Shown here piece by piece: positions 1 to 12,480 of a stretch of 64,000 nucleotides of DNA. Source of the DNA: Octopus sinensis (taxonomy: Eukaryota). Position 1 is the stretch's first letter. Each line of letters opens with the position of its first letter. The notes below the pieces were generated by a model that saw only the letters and a program-made list of their open reading frames with translations, searched no databases and was not told where the DNA came from. A program made the translations under genes and the position numbers. The stretch lies in contig NC_042997.1 in NCBI RefSeq assembly GCF_006345805.1, positions 74,896,001 to 74,960,000 on the forward strand. Reading direction: 5' to 3'.

Positions 1-622
1 GTGAGAAGACCCGGCAAGACTAGTGAGGCCATAACCCATGGCCCCTACCTGGGACGTAGTCAGTCCACCTGTGCATACCTTCCTTCTTGTGACACTTGTG
101 AAGACCAGTTGAGGCAAGTGAAAATCAAATCAAACCAAATCAAAATAGATGAACATCAATGGAATTTGTATCTTTGTGGTGCCAGTGCCGGTGGCACATA
201 AGAAAACCATCCAAACGTGGCCGTAGCCAGTACCGCATCGACTGGCCTCCGTGCTGTGGGCACGTAACAAACACCATCCGATCGTGGCCGTTCGCCAGCC
301 TCGTCTGGCACCTGTGTCGGTGGCACATAAAAAACACCATCCGAGTGTGGACATCTGCCAGCCTCGTCTGGCACCTGTGTCGGTGGCACATAAAAAACAC
401 GATCCGAGCGTGGCCGTTCGCCAGCCTCGTCTGGCACCTGTGTCGGTGGCACATAAAATCACCCACTACACTCTCGGAGTGGTTGGCATTAGGAAGGGCA
501 TCCAGCTGTAGAAACACTGCCAGATCTGACTGGCCTGGTGCAGCCTTCGGGCTCCCCAGACCCCAGTTGAACCGTCCAACCCATGTAGCATGGAAAGCGG
601 ACGTTAAACGATGATGATGATG

Positions 623-624
<2 letters not shown>
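1..624 (+). mobile_element. 3' end of RTE-clade LINE (3' UTR with ~63-bp tandem units and (GAT)n tail)
   Basis: Same 3' UTR as the RTE at 5855-9546: gtggcacataaaaa..caccatccg units, ggcattaggaagggcatccagctgtagaaac, ending ggacgttaaacg(atg)n. Confidence 0.85.
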
Positions 625-654
<30 letters not shown>

Positions 655-934
655 TATATATAACATATATATATATATATATATATATATCATATATATA
701 TTATAATATATTGTTACATTTCGGAATGGTCATATTGCCAGTTTAGCCAAAAATCTTGCACAACAAATATTTAAACGTATATATATATACACATATATAT
801 ACATATATATACACATATATATATATACATATATATATACACATATACATATATACATATATATATATACATATATATATACATATATATATACACATAT
901 ATATATATACATATATATATATACATATATATAC

Positions 935-965
<31 letters not shown>

Positions 966-1290
966 CATATATATATACATATATATACATATATATATAC
1001 ATATATATACATATATATATACATATATATATATACATATATATACATATATATATATACATATATACATATATATATACATATAATATATATAACATAT
1101 ATATCATATGTATATATATAACATATATATCATATGTATATATATAACATATATATCATATGTATATATATAACATATATATCATATGTATATATATAAC
1201 ATATATATCATATGTATATATATAACATATATATCATATGTATATATATATATATATCATATGTATATATATAACATATATATATATATA
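625..1290. repeat. (TA)n/(TACATA)n compound microsatellite with a 26-bp subunit near 1085-1270
   Basis: Directly visible; the YI-rich ORFs here are read-throughs of it. Confidence 0.95.
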
Positions 1291-1384
1291 TTCTGTAATA
1301 CTAATATCTAATAATAATGCGAGTCTATACTGAATGTACATTGTTTATTTTGGATGAGTATATGGGTTTTTGCATGTATTTATT

Positions 1385-1810
1385 TGGCAGTCTTATATAT
1401 TATATATTAAGTTTATCTTCGTACTCATCTTAACTTGTATCTTATGTTATTTATTAATAAATTTATTCATTTACTTATATGTGGCTTGATACATATTAGC
1501 AGTCTTATATATTTAGTTTATATTTGTACTCATCTTAATTTGTATTTTATGTTATTTATCTATTTATTTATTCATTTATTTATAAGTAAATATATACATA
1601 TTAGCAGTCTTGTATACTAAGTTTATATATGTACTCATCTTAATGTATATTTTTTATTTTATGTTATTTATCTATTTATTTATTCATTTATGTATATGTG
1701 GATATATACATATTAGCAGTCTTATATATTAAGTTTATCTTTGTATTTATCTTAATTTGTATTTTATAGTATTTATCTATTTATTTATTCCTTTATTTAT
1801 ATGTAGATAT
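1385..1810. repeat. Diverged AT-rich tandem repeat, ~110-bp period, ~4 copies
   Basis: gcagtcttatatat..gtactcatcttaa..ttatttatctatttattta recurs near 1387, 1498, 1605 and 1716. Confidence 0.7.
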
Positions 1811-3263
1811 ATACATATATATCCATTATTTATTAAATATATATATGTATACGTTTTTACTTATATTTTCATTTTTATTTTTTTAATTATTTCATTTTAT
1901 TTTATTTTATTATATTTTATTTTTAAGTAATAACAATTATTAATTTATAATTAATTTAATTTATAATTATTTACTTATATACTATTTATTGGTAAGTCTT
2001 GTTAATTATTATGTATGTATTTATACGTCCACTGATATTATTTAATGGTAAATCCTGTTAATCATTATATATGTATTTATACATCCACTGATACTTAAAT
2101 ATATATATATAGGTACTGCGAATGTTTACATACACATCAAATGTGAAAGTATATATGTTTGTTGTTACACAGGAGTATACATATGGATGTGTAGATGTGA
2201 GTATAATTCTCCTAGTTTGTTGGTGAGAGATTAAATAGGAATATAATGGTAATGTAACAATATTAGACTTCTTACGATGTGATGTTATCTGTATAAGTTA
2301 TAAGGTGTTATTTTGATTATATATCTTAGAATATTAGCGTATTTTGACTTTTTACAATTAATTTCTTATAATTTAATTAATATAAACCTCTGTTAACTTA
2401 GTATATATGTATTTTTACGTCTTTTGATAGACAAACATAAACGGGTATTTTGTATTTTATAATTTAGTAAATATTTGAATAGAAACATAGTGGTATGATA
2501 TAGGCATATTTAGTTCTAAGATATTTTGTTTACGAAAAATACGGTGTTATTTTAATTATGTACTTTATGATAAATTACATTCTCCATCTACGTATAATTA
2601 TATGTATGATTGCATTTACGGATTTATGGACATATGTGAGTGGATCTGTTTGTAAACATTTATATGTGTGTATAGGTGGGATTGTACCTCTTATGTTATT
2701 TATGATTTGGATGTGTATGTGGATATGTGTGTCGGTGTGTGTGTGTGTGTGTAAACATGTGACTATGTCTGTATGTGCGCACGTTTGTGGATGTGCGTGT
2801 GCGTGTGTATGTTTCCTAGCTAACTAACCGTAAAATATCTATTGTAATTCAAATTTAAAAGTTTAGGCCAATCGAATGCATCTGTGGAAATTAATACCAT
2901 GCAAACAGAAGAATTTGACTGATTGCATATATATGCAGATATCTATTTGCCTTGAATAATACTATGGTGGTATTTATTGGTCTTCAGTGTTGCTACTATG
3001 TTGTTAATTGTGTGATATATGTATTGTTTTATTAGTAATGATGTTGTTAGTAGTAAGAATATTGATATTGATAACATTATAGTTATGGATAACGGTATTG
3101 GTATTAGCATTATTGACTTTTTGTAAAGTAACACAAATTAATATAATGAACTATTTACTATATATGTCTGCATTAAGTATGAATATATCAGTTGTAATTT
3201 CTTAATATTAGTTGAGGAACTGTAACATTCAATATAGAACATTATTATGTTTATTGATATATA

Positions 3264-3325
3264 TTGATTGATTGATTGATTCTAGTTTCAGCTTATGAGC
3301 TGTGGCCATGCTGGGGCACCGCCAT
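3264..3325 (-). mobile_element. Short 3' stub of CR1-like LINE tail
   Basis: Reverse complement ggcggtgccccagcatggccacagctcataagctgaaactaga+(atca)n matches the LINE tail at 32344-32386. Confidence 0.8.
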
Positions 3326-3454
3326 ATTGATTTATATTATTTATATTTATATTATTATGTATATGTATATGTGTATATATATAAGGATATGAGTATATAT
3401 GCACTAATATATATATTTATATGTAAATGATTTTTGGGTATGTACTCATACTTA

Positions 3455-3582
3455 CATTAGAATCTCCGAAGAGGCCGTAAGATATTTTTGTTAATGTCTC
3501 ATTTATACCTGCAATATATGGCTAATATAGGTTACATGAGACATACCTATCTGCATGGCCGAAACAGCTGTCAGTTATAATG
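3455..3582 (+). ncRNA. Type I hammerhead-like motif with long stem II and palindromic stem III (core CCGAAGA)
   Basis: catta..ct CCGAAGA GGCCG..(atgtctcat/atgagacat)..TGGCC GAA ACAG|CTGT C ag..taatg; predicted cleavage after GUC at 3572. Confidence 0.7.
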
Positions 3583-3766
3583 TATATGTATTTTTATATA
3601 TTGTTATATTTATTTAGTTATATCTCATTATATTGATTGTAATTATTGTACTGTATTAATGTCTAATCTTAATGCTCTTGTGTAGTGTTTTAATAAAGTA
3701 TATGATTCGGTATTATCTGATAGTTGATGAATGATTTAGATATATTTCCCCATTTTCTTATTTTGT

Positions 3767-4440
<674 letters not shown>

Positions 4441-4920
4441 ATGGCCGAAATCTGCCTTTCAGCTCCTGACCCTCGTCGTGTTAACATCGTTGTTTTTCGT
4501 CCGCCGCTATAAAAGCTTTTTCCAATGCGCCAGAGAAAAATTTGTTTGCTTGTTATCAGTCGTAAGACACTTGTTGTTTTCACACGTTCTGCTTCTGTAT
4601 TCATGTTTCTGTATTCCATTATTGTTTTTTGTTTTGTTTTTTTATATCTGTCCCTTTTGCTGTCCTGTGTGTTCGTATTCGATTCGATCCTTCTTCCAGG
4701 AAATCTACGCTTCCAGCTTAGTTTTTCTAATGCTCGTTGCTTAGTTTTTCTTGGAGGGCTGGCCGTGATCTAGTAATCTCAAGATTAATCAGCCGAAATT
4801 ACTACGATGATCCGGTTCTTGACTGAAGACTGAGGGGTTCGAATGTCCTGTCCATGTTTATTGTATCGTCTTCTAAGAGTATACGTTCTTGTCCATGTTG
4901 TATTTTTCTACATACCTTAA
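4441..4920 (+). mobile_element. ~480-bp non-coding repeated element, copy 1 (probable PLE pseudo-LTR or retrozyme-like unit)
   Basis: Near-identical to 5277-5765; contains the permuted hammerhead; no credible ORF. Confidence 0.6.
4757..4833 (+). ncRNA. Candidate non-circularly permuted hammerhead ribozyme, copy 1
   Basis: TAGTAAT-C-TCAAGA (4771-4784), CAGCC-GAA-ATTACTA (4790-4804), TCTTGA-CTGAAGA (4817-4829): 7-bp stem III, 6-bp stem I, AUC triplet; stem II ambiguous. Confidence 0.55.
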
Positions 4921-5276
4921 CATATTCCAGGCGCCCCGTACCCCTTTATCATTAATGTGAACACATATTCTTAATAATTGGTACGACTCTCTGTTTGTCT
5001 CTCTCTCTCTCTCTCATTTTTACTTGATCTGTCCCCCTCTCTCTCTCTCTTTTCTCTCTATTCATCTTCTCTTTCCTCTGATCCTTTGGTCTAGTCTTCC
5101 ACTACCCTCCTATTTCTTTGTCTCGCTCTGCACTCACAGGTCATTCTTCGACACCCATCCCTTCTCCTCTCTGATTCCTTCTTTCTCTCTCTTTGTTGCG
5201 TTTTGTTCCCCTTTCTCTCTCTCTCTTCCTTTGCTTCTCTTTCTTTTCTTTTCCCTCTTCTCTGTCACGTGACTGT

Positions 5277-5765
5277 TGGCCGAAATCTGCCTTTCAGCTC
5301 CTGACCCTCGTCGTGTTAACATCGTTGTTTTTCGTCCGCCGCTATAAAGGCTTTTTCCAATGCGCCAGAGAAAAATTTGTTTGCTTGTTATCAGTCGTAA
5401 GACACTTGTTTTGTTTTCACCGTTAATGCTTCTGTATTTCATGTTTCTGTATTCCATTATTGTTTTTTTTTTTTTTGTTTTTTTGTTTTTTTATATCTGT
5501 CCTTTTGCTGTCCTGGGTTTCGTATGCATTCGATCCTTCTTCCAGGAAATCTACGCTTCCAGCTTAGTTTTTCTAATGCTCGTTGCTTAGTTTTTCTTGG
5601 AGGGCTGGCCGTGATCTAGTAATCTCAAGATTAATCAGCCGAAATTACTACGATGATCCGGTTCTTGACTGAAGACTGAGGGGTTCGAATGTCCTGTCCA
5701 TGTTATTGTATCGTCTTCTAAGAGTTATACGTTCTTGTCCATGTTGTATTTTTCTACATACCTTT
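5277..5765 (+). mobile_element. ~480-bp non-coding repeated element, copy 2
   Basis: Direct repeat of 4441-4920, separated by a CT-rich spacer (about 4980-5270); small indels only outside the ribozyme-like block. Confidence 0.6.
5603..5679 (+). ncRNA. Candidate non-circularly permuted hammerhead ribozyme, copy 2
   Basis: Identical to 4757-4833 at an offset of 846 bp; predicted cleavage after 5624. Confidence 0.55.
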
Positions 5766-5854
5766 ACATATAATATATATACATATATATATATATATAA
5801 CACATATATAATATATATATATATATATACATATATATAAAAAATGCCCCAAAA

Positions 5855-8800
5855 ATGCCCAAAATGCCTAAAAAACGATCACCACCACAACAACCCTCTT
5901 CTTTTCAGGCGCTTAATTGCACCCCTCCTCCCCACATCTCCTTCCCAGTTTTCAGAGTTGGCACTGTCAATGTTGGTACACTGAAAGGTAGGTCTAGCGA
6001 GATTGTAGAGATGCTTGACAGAAGACGGGTTGATGTATGCTGCATACAAGAGGTAAGATGGAGAGGTGCTTCAGCAAGGGTCCTCACAGGCAAGGCACAT
6101 AGGTATAAAGTCTTCTGGCAAGGTAACATGGATGCGGTAGGGGGTGTAGGCATTCACCTTGCGGAGAAATGAGTGGATAAGGTCATAGAGGTTGTCAGGG
6201 TTTGCGATAGAGCGCTTAAGCTCAGGTTAGTCCTACAGAGTGGCACAGCTACGATTATCTCCGCCTATACCCCACATGTGGGGCTACCAAATGATCAGCA
6301 GGACCACTTTTATGATACCCTTCTACAGGCTACTTCAAAGACTAGTGGCAAGGACCTCATCTTTGTGGCTGGAGACTTTAATGGGCATGTTGGGCGGGAA
6401 TCGGGTATCTTCATTGGGATACACAGTGGCCATGGCATTGGCACCAGAAATGATGAGGGAACTAGACTACTGGAATTCTGTGATGCATGTAACCTTTTAA
6501 TCTGCAACACTAACTTCAGGAAGCCTGACTGCCACCTTATAACTTATCAGTCAGGAGACTCCGCTAGCCAAATAGACTTCATCCTCGCCAGACAACGGGA
6601 TTCAGGGTCGCTCTTAAATACAAAGACCTTCCCGGGTGAAGAATGTATCCCTCAGCATAGGCTAATCATTAGTGACTTTAGGCTTGAGGCTAGAAGGACT
6701 CCAAGAAACAGACCAATCCAGAAAAGAAGGATTTGGAAGCTAAAGAACCCTTCACATGGTCAGAGATTTAGGGACATTCTCATCAAGAAATTTGATGAGA
6801 GGGAGGAGGAGCTACAGATGTCGGACATAGAAGGTAGCTGGAAATTCCTATGGGACAGCGTGCTGAGTGCCACAGACCAAGTCTGTGGATGGTGCAAAGT
6901 CGCTTCCAGACCTAGAGTTATGTGGTGGTGGAATAGTGCAGTAGACAAAGCCATTAGTGCAAAGAAACCAGCCTGGAGAGCCTGGAGGGATGGGGGTAGC
7001 AGGGAACTGTACCAAGTAGCCAAAAGGGAGGCAGGGCGGCAGGTATACATAGCCAAAAATATAGCAAAAAAGAAGAAGCTTGCCAATGTCCAGCGACATG
7101 AGGACCAAAAAACAGAGGTATTTCAGATTGCTAGACAGTGTGTGAGAGAAAATAGTGATGTTACAGGAGAGAAATGTGTCCGCATGGATGATGGGGCACT
7201 TGCTTTTAATGTTGGTGAAAAGAAAGAGGCTTGGAGAAGCCATTATGAAAGACTGGTGAATGAGGAGAATGAATGGGAGGAGGAGAGCCTGCCAAATGTT
7301 GACCCAGTAGAGGGACCAGCTATCCGAATAGACAGCTCCCTTGAAGTTAAGGCAATTAAGGATATGAAAACAGGTAAAGCCCCCGGCCCATCAGGAATCA
7401 CTGCTGGGATGCTTAAAACAGCTGGCTATGTGGGCTATGGCCTAGTCACCCGCATTGTAAACCAGGTAGTTCATAATGGAGTCATACCCAATGACTGGCG
7501 TAGCAGCACCATAGTCAACTGCTACAAGGGTAAGGGTGATGCTCTAGATACAAATAACTACAGGGGTATTAAACTGTTGGATCAGGTGATGAAGGTCACA
7601 GAGAGGGTCATAACCCATCTCATTAGGGAGAGAATTTGCTTAGATGAGATGCTGTTCGGTTTTGTGCCGGGTAGAAGCACCACTGATGCTATATTCCTGG
7701 TCCGACAACTGCAGGAGAAGTACCTAGCTAAAGATAAACCCCTCTACATAGCTTTTGTGGACTTGGAGAAAGCCTTTGACAGGGTTCTCCGATCCCTTAT
7801 CTGGTGGTCGATGCGGAAACTGGAGATTGACGAATGGCTAATAAGGGCTGTACAGGCTCTATACAGAGAGGCTACCAGCAAGGTTAGGATTGGCAACGAA
7901 TATAGTGAAGAATTCCGGGTAGAAGTAGGTGTACACCAAGGCTCAGCCCTCAGTCCCCTTTTATTCATCATAGTCCTCCAGGCAATAACAGAGGAATTCA
8001 AAACAGGATGCCCCTGGGAGCTCCTCTATGCTGATGACCTGGCTCTCATAGCAGAATCACTACCGGAACTAGAAAAGAAATTTCGGGTGTGGAAGCAAGG
8101 GTTAGAGTAAATGTAGCAAAGACCAAAGTTATAGTAAACAGAAAGGCGAACTCAGCACACACACCCTCGGGCAGGTGGCCCTGCTCGATCTGTAGGAAAG
8201 GTGTAGGTAGAAACTCCATAAGATACACCCAATGTAAGCTATGGATGCATAAGAGGTGCAGCAACATCAAAGGGAAAGTAACTGATAAGATAGCTTTCAT
8301 GTGCGACAGATGCACAGGGACAATAGACACCACAGACACTCAGAAAACAGATTCCATCACACTCCAGGGGGAGAAACTAGAAGTAGTTGATAGTTTCCGA
8401 TACCTGGGTGACCATGTAAGTAGTGGAGGTAGATGCTCAGAGAGTATCACCACTAGAATACGAACAGCTCCTACCCCTACTAGCGACAAAGGGTCTCTCG
8501 CTCAGAGTGAAAGGTAGATTGTATGATGCATGTGTGCGAACTGCCATGCTTCACGGTAGTGAAACATGGGCTGTGACTGCAGAGGACATGCGTAGACTTG
8601 AAAGAAATTAAGCTAGCATGATCCGCTGGATGTGTAATGTCAGTGTGCACGCACGACAGAGTGTAAGCACCCTGAGAGAAATGCTGGACATAAGAAGCAT
8701 CAGATGTGGTGTGCAAGAGCGATGCTTGCGATGGTATGGTCATGTACTGCGGAGGAATGAGGAGAGATGTGTGAAGAAGTGCCACTCCCAAACAGTTGAA

Positions 8801-8962
8801 GGTATCAGGGGCAAAGGTAGACTCAGGAAGACATGGGATGAGGTAGTCAAGCATGACCTCAGAGCATTGGACCTCACTGAGGCAATGGCGAAGGACAGAG
8901 ATCTCTGGAGATATGCTGTGACTGCAAAGACCCGGGCTGCTTCCTGCACCATTTCCGCATAG
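5855..8962 (+). pseudogene. Disrupted APE-RT polyprotein of the RTE LINE
   Basis: ORF pieces 5855-6172, 6173-8110, 8089-8517, 8423-8611 and 8618-8962 are separated by stops and frameshifts. Confidence 0.9.
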
Positions 8963-9546
8963 CTCCCTGCCCATTCGAAGTACCCTGGATCCCAGAATGT
9001 CCTGCTGTGCTTGAGGAGACCTGTTGAGTCAAGTACATGAACATGAACAGGAACATCGAAATAAATATCAATGGAAATAGTAGTTGTGATACCTGTGCCG
9101 GTGGCACATAAAAAGCACCATCCGTACGTGGCCATTGCCAGCGCCGCCTCGACTGGCTTCTGTGCCGGTGGCACATAAAAAGCACCATCTGGACGTGGCC
9201 GATGCCAGCGAGCACCATCCGAACAATGGCCGATGCCAGCGCCACCCCGACTGGCTTCTGTGCTGGTGGTACATAAAAAGCACCATCCGAACGTGGCCGA
9301 TGCCAGTGAGCACCATCCGAACGTGGCCGTTGCCAGCACCGCCTTGGCTGGCTTCCGTGCCGGTGGCACGTTAAAAGCACCCACTACACTCGCGGAGTGG
9401 CTGGCGTTAGGAAGGGCATCCAGGTGTAGAAACTCTGCCAGATCAGACTGGAGCCTGGTGCAGCCCCTGGCTTCCCAGACCCCGGTCAAACCGTCCAACC
9501 CGTGCTAGCGCGGAAAACGGATGTTAAACGATGATGATGATGATGA
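5855..9546 (+). mobile_element. RTE-clade LINE, near full length, decayed
   Basis: AP endonuclease motifs (GTVNVGTL, QEVRW, GDFNGHVG, SQIDF, HRLIISDF), RT (DLEKAFD, LYADDL), PHD-like finger, 3' UTR repeats and (GAT)n tail. Confidence 0.95.
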
Positions 9547-9554
9547 CATATATA

Positions 9555-9590
<36 letters not shown>

Positions 9591-9731
9591 TATATATATA
9601 GTATATTAACTTGATTAATAATTCACTATGAACTATAGGGACATGCACATATTCTGTAAGTTCAAGACTTTTTATTGGATCTCCAGGAATCGAACTTATC
9701 TGTGATTCTTGTAAATTTCAATAACAATCTG

Positions 9732-9820
9732 TTCCTCTACACGATATGACAGTCACTTTGCTTCTTACTCGGATTTTCCTCTACACGATATGACAGTCAC
9801 TTTGCTTCTTACTCAGATTT
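9732..9820. repeat. 44-bp direct tandem duplication
   Basis: ttcctctacacgatatgacagtcactttgcttcttactc(g/a)gatt occurs twice. Confidence 0.85.
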
Positions 9821-9879
9821 TCAGAAATTTCGCATGACTGTATCCGAAATTTCTTCACATAACAATTCAATATGAGCTA

Positions 9880-11815
9880 TATATAGACATGCACAAATTC
9901 TGTAAGCTTAAGACCTTTCATCGGATGTTGGTTGAGTCGATTTGCAACCGTCGTCTGTCGTCTCATGAGGATCTTCCTCTCTCTTGGAATCTTGCACCTA
10001 TTTGTTTTGGCCTTTTGCTCTGGGACATATTTCTGGCATATGGCTTGCACAGAAGACATGAAAAATTCTAGTTTCATGTCAATGTCTGGTGTGGAGAGAC
10101 AGTCCGGCCAGTCCTCTCCGAGGATCTCTTTTTGGATTGATTTCCAATCTGCTTTGTAGAAGTTCAGATTGGAGAGATTTCGGGTGCTTCCTTTAGGCTG
10201 TATGTCTCTGGTTACTTTCGGCTAAAACATAGACAGCTCTACTATGTTGTGATCCGAGAATAATGTCGGTGTCACTTTCACATCATGAATGATGTCCATA
10301 TTGTTCGTGAAGCAGAGATCCAGAATGTTATTCGCACTAGTTGGTCTGAGTACACCTTGCTCCATGAATAGGACATTGGTGAGGTTGAGCAGGGACTTCA
10401 CCTGTGCTTGCTTGCAATGAGTCATTCCTGAGAGTATGAGACCTTCGGGCCATTTGACATTGGGGAAGTTGAAATCACCCATAAGAAATATGGTCATGTG
10501 GTTTTCCAGATTCATGAGGATTTCTTTAATTCTGGTGAGTCAATCTTCAAACTTGCCTATGTGGTTTGGGGCATCCGGTGGGCAATATGTATTGCATATG
10601 ACTATATTATGTTGTCTTATGTATACAATTAGAGTGTCACATACCGAATTTGAGTATGCCAGAAAGACCTGGGGTGTGAGGTCATCACAGATGCATACAG
10701 CAACTCTACCAAGGCTCCTTTCCCTTCTGTCTGTTTGCAGTACGGCATAGGGCTTGATTGCATGCAGTAAGATCTCTCAGGAAAGAAATTTTTATTTTTA
10801 TTTTGATGCAACAGGCCCCCAATATTTAGTTAAAGTATTGGGGTGACGACAGTGCAGGCGTTAGGGGAGGCCATCCCATGTCTGTTGACTGTGGTGGTCT
10901 TGCATAGTGGTGGGCAAGGTTCCTTCTTTGTGCTTGGTGTAGCCAGGTTAGCTGCTGGACAATCCTTTGCGCCATGCACAAAAAAGACTCTTGCTCAGCT
11001 GCTGCATTGCGCAAAACATCCGAGGAGCACATTTCTTTTCTGAATATTTTCCTGGGAGACATTTCTTGTCTTTCCTCAGTAAAGCTTTTCTCTTTAAGGC
11101 CCCTGAACTTCTGGCAGGGTGTCGGGTGGGCAAACTGGCAGTTTTTGCCGTCCTTCCCCATTTGCCCTGCAGGTAAAATTTACAGGATCTTGGGTGCCTT
11201 CCAGATTTCTTCTTTCCTGAAAGGTTTTGGATGGCGTTGGATCCTCCATGGGGTTTTCTGTTGTTTGTTTGGTGGGTTGGGGTTTCGGTTTTGGTTGCTT
11301 TTCCTTTTCGTTTTTCTTCCTTTCCTTCTTTATTTTTGTTTTCTGTCCTTCCTTTTTTCTTCTGTTTTTCTAATGGGGTGAGGGCTCCATTTCTTTGTAG
11401 GACCACAGGCACAGGGGGGCTTCCAGTTACTGCTCCCTTGGCTCCCCCATCTTTCTCTGCCTGGTCGTTCACAGGGGTAGGTGATCCATTTTCTTGAGGA
11501 ACTTCTGGATTACAGAGACTTCAGGGTTTTGTTTCCTTTTCTTTTGTCTTCTCCATCCTTATTAGCCTTTCCACAATAATTTTCAATTATGTTGTCCAAG
11601 GTGTTGACGTCTGGTCTTATAAGCATATGATACCAGATAAATTCACTCTTCTTCCACTCTATCTGGTCAATGGTTCTGTGAAAGCCATTGTTCTTTAGTG
11701 CAGCAGTGATGATGTTGTTTGGCGGATCGCCACTAGCAATCGGCCATGCTCGCTCGTAGCAGATTTAATTCTTTCTTTTCCCACTTTGGTGCCATCTTCG
11801 TTTTTAAGCCCAGAG
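9880..11815 (-). mobile_element. 5' half of a CR1-like LINE (ORF1 with CCCH-like fingers plus AP endonuclease), decayed and 3'-truncated
   Basis: MGDFNFPNV, NILDLCFTN and KIPRERKILMR are homologous to 38381-39757; ORF1 remnants read CKFYLQGK..CQFAHP. Confidence 0.85.
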
Positions 11816-11819
11816 GGGG

Positions 11820-12480
11820 AGTAGAGGCTAGAGAGGTAATGAGAGATAGAGGGAGGTAGAGATGGAGAAACACAGAGGGGGGGAATAGAGAAAGAGAGAG
11901 GGAGATATGAAGGAAAGAGAGGTGCTATGAAGGAAATAGAGAGGGTGATATGAGGAAATTAAGGGGGTGTGGCGTGTTAAAGAGACAGAAGAAGGTAGAG
12001 GAAGGGGAGAGAAAAAGACGTGAGGGAGAGGAGGGGAATTGGAAGAGAGACAGATCGAAGGAGAGGAGGTGAATAGAAAAAGAGGCAGAGTGAAGGAGAG
12101 GAGGGGAAGAGAAAGAGAGACAGAGGGAGGGAGAGGATAGCAAGAGAAAGAGAGACTGAGTGAAGGAGACACAGGAAAGGATGAAGGATGTGAGAGAGAG
12201 GGAGAAACGGAGTGAGAAGAATGGGCAAATGAGAAGTATATGAGTGAGAGGGTGAGGTGACGGGACGAGAGGTAGTTGTGAGGTGGAAAGGAAAGTGAGA
12301 AAAGAGGAGGATATGAAAGGGAGGGAGAGAGAGATAAGAAAGAGAGTAAGATATGCAGGAGAGAGGGAAAGAGTAGGCGTAAAGAGAGATAAAGGAAGGG
12401 AGAGAGGAGCTGGAAATGGAGGAACATATGTAAGGGAGGAGAGAGAGGAAGAGGTAGATATGAAGACAGTAGAAGTAGGG
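11820..12480. repeat. GA-rich low-complexity purine tract
   Basis: Directly visible. Confidence 0.85.

Noticed and set aside
4830-4850. Second mini-hammerhead reading CTGAGGG gttc GAAT GTC
   Set aside because: Two core mismatches and no stem I complementarity.
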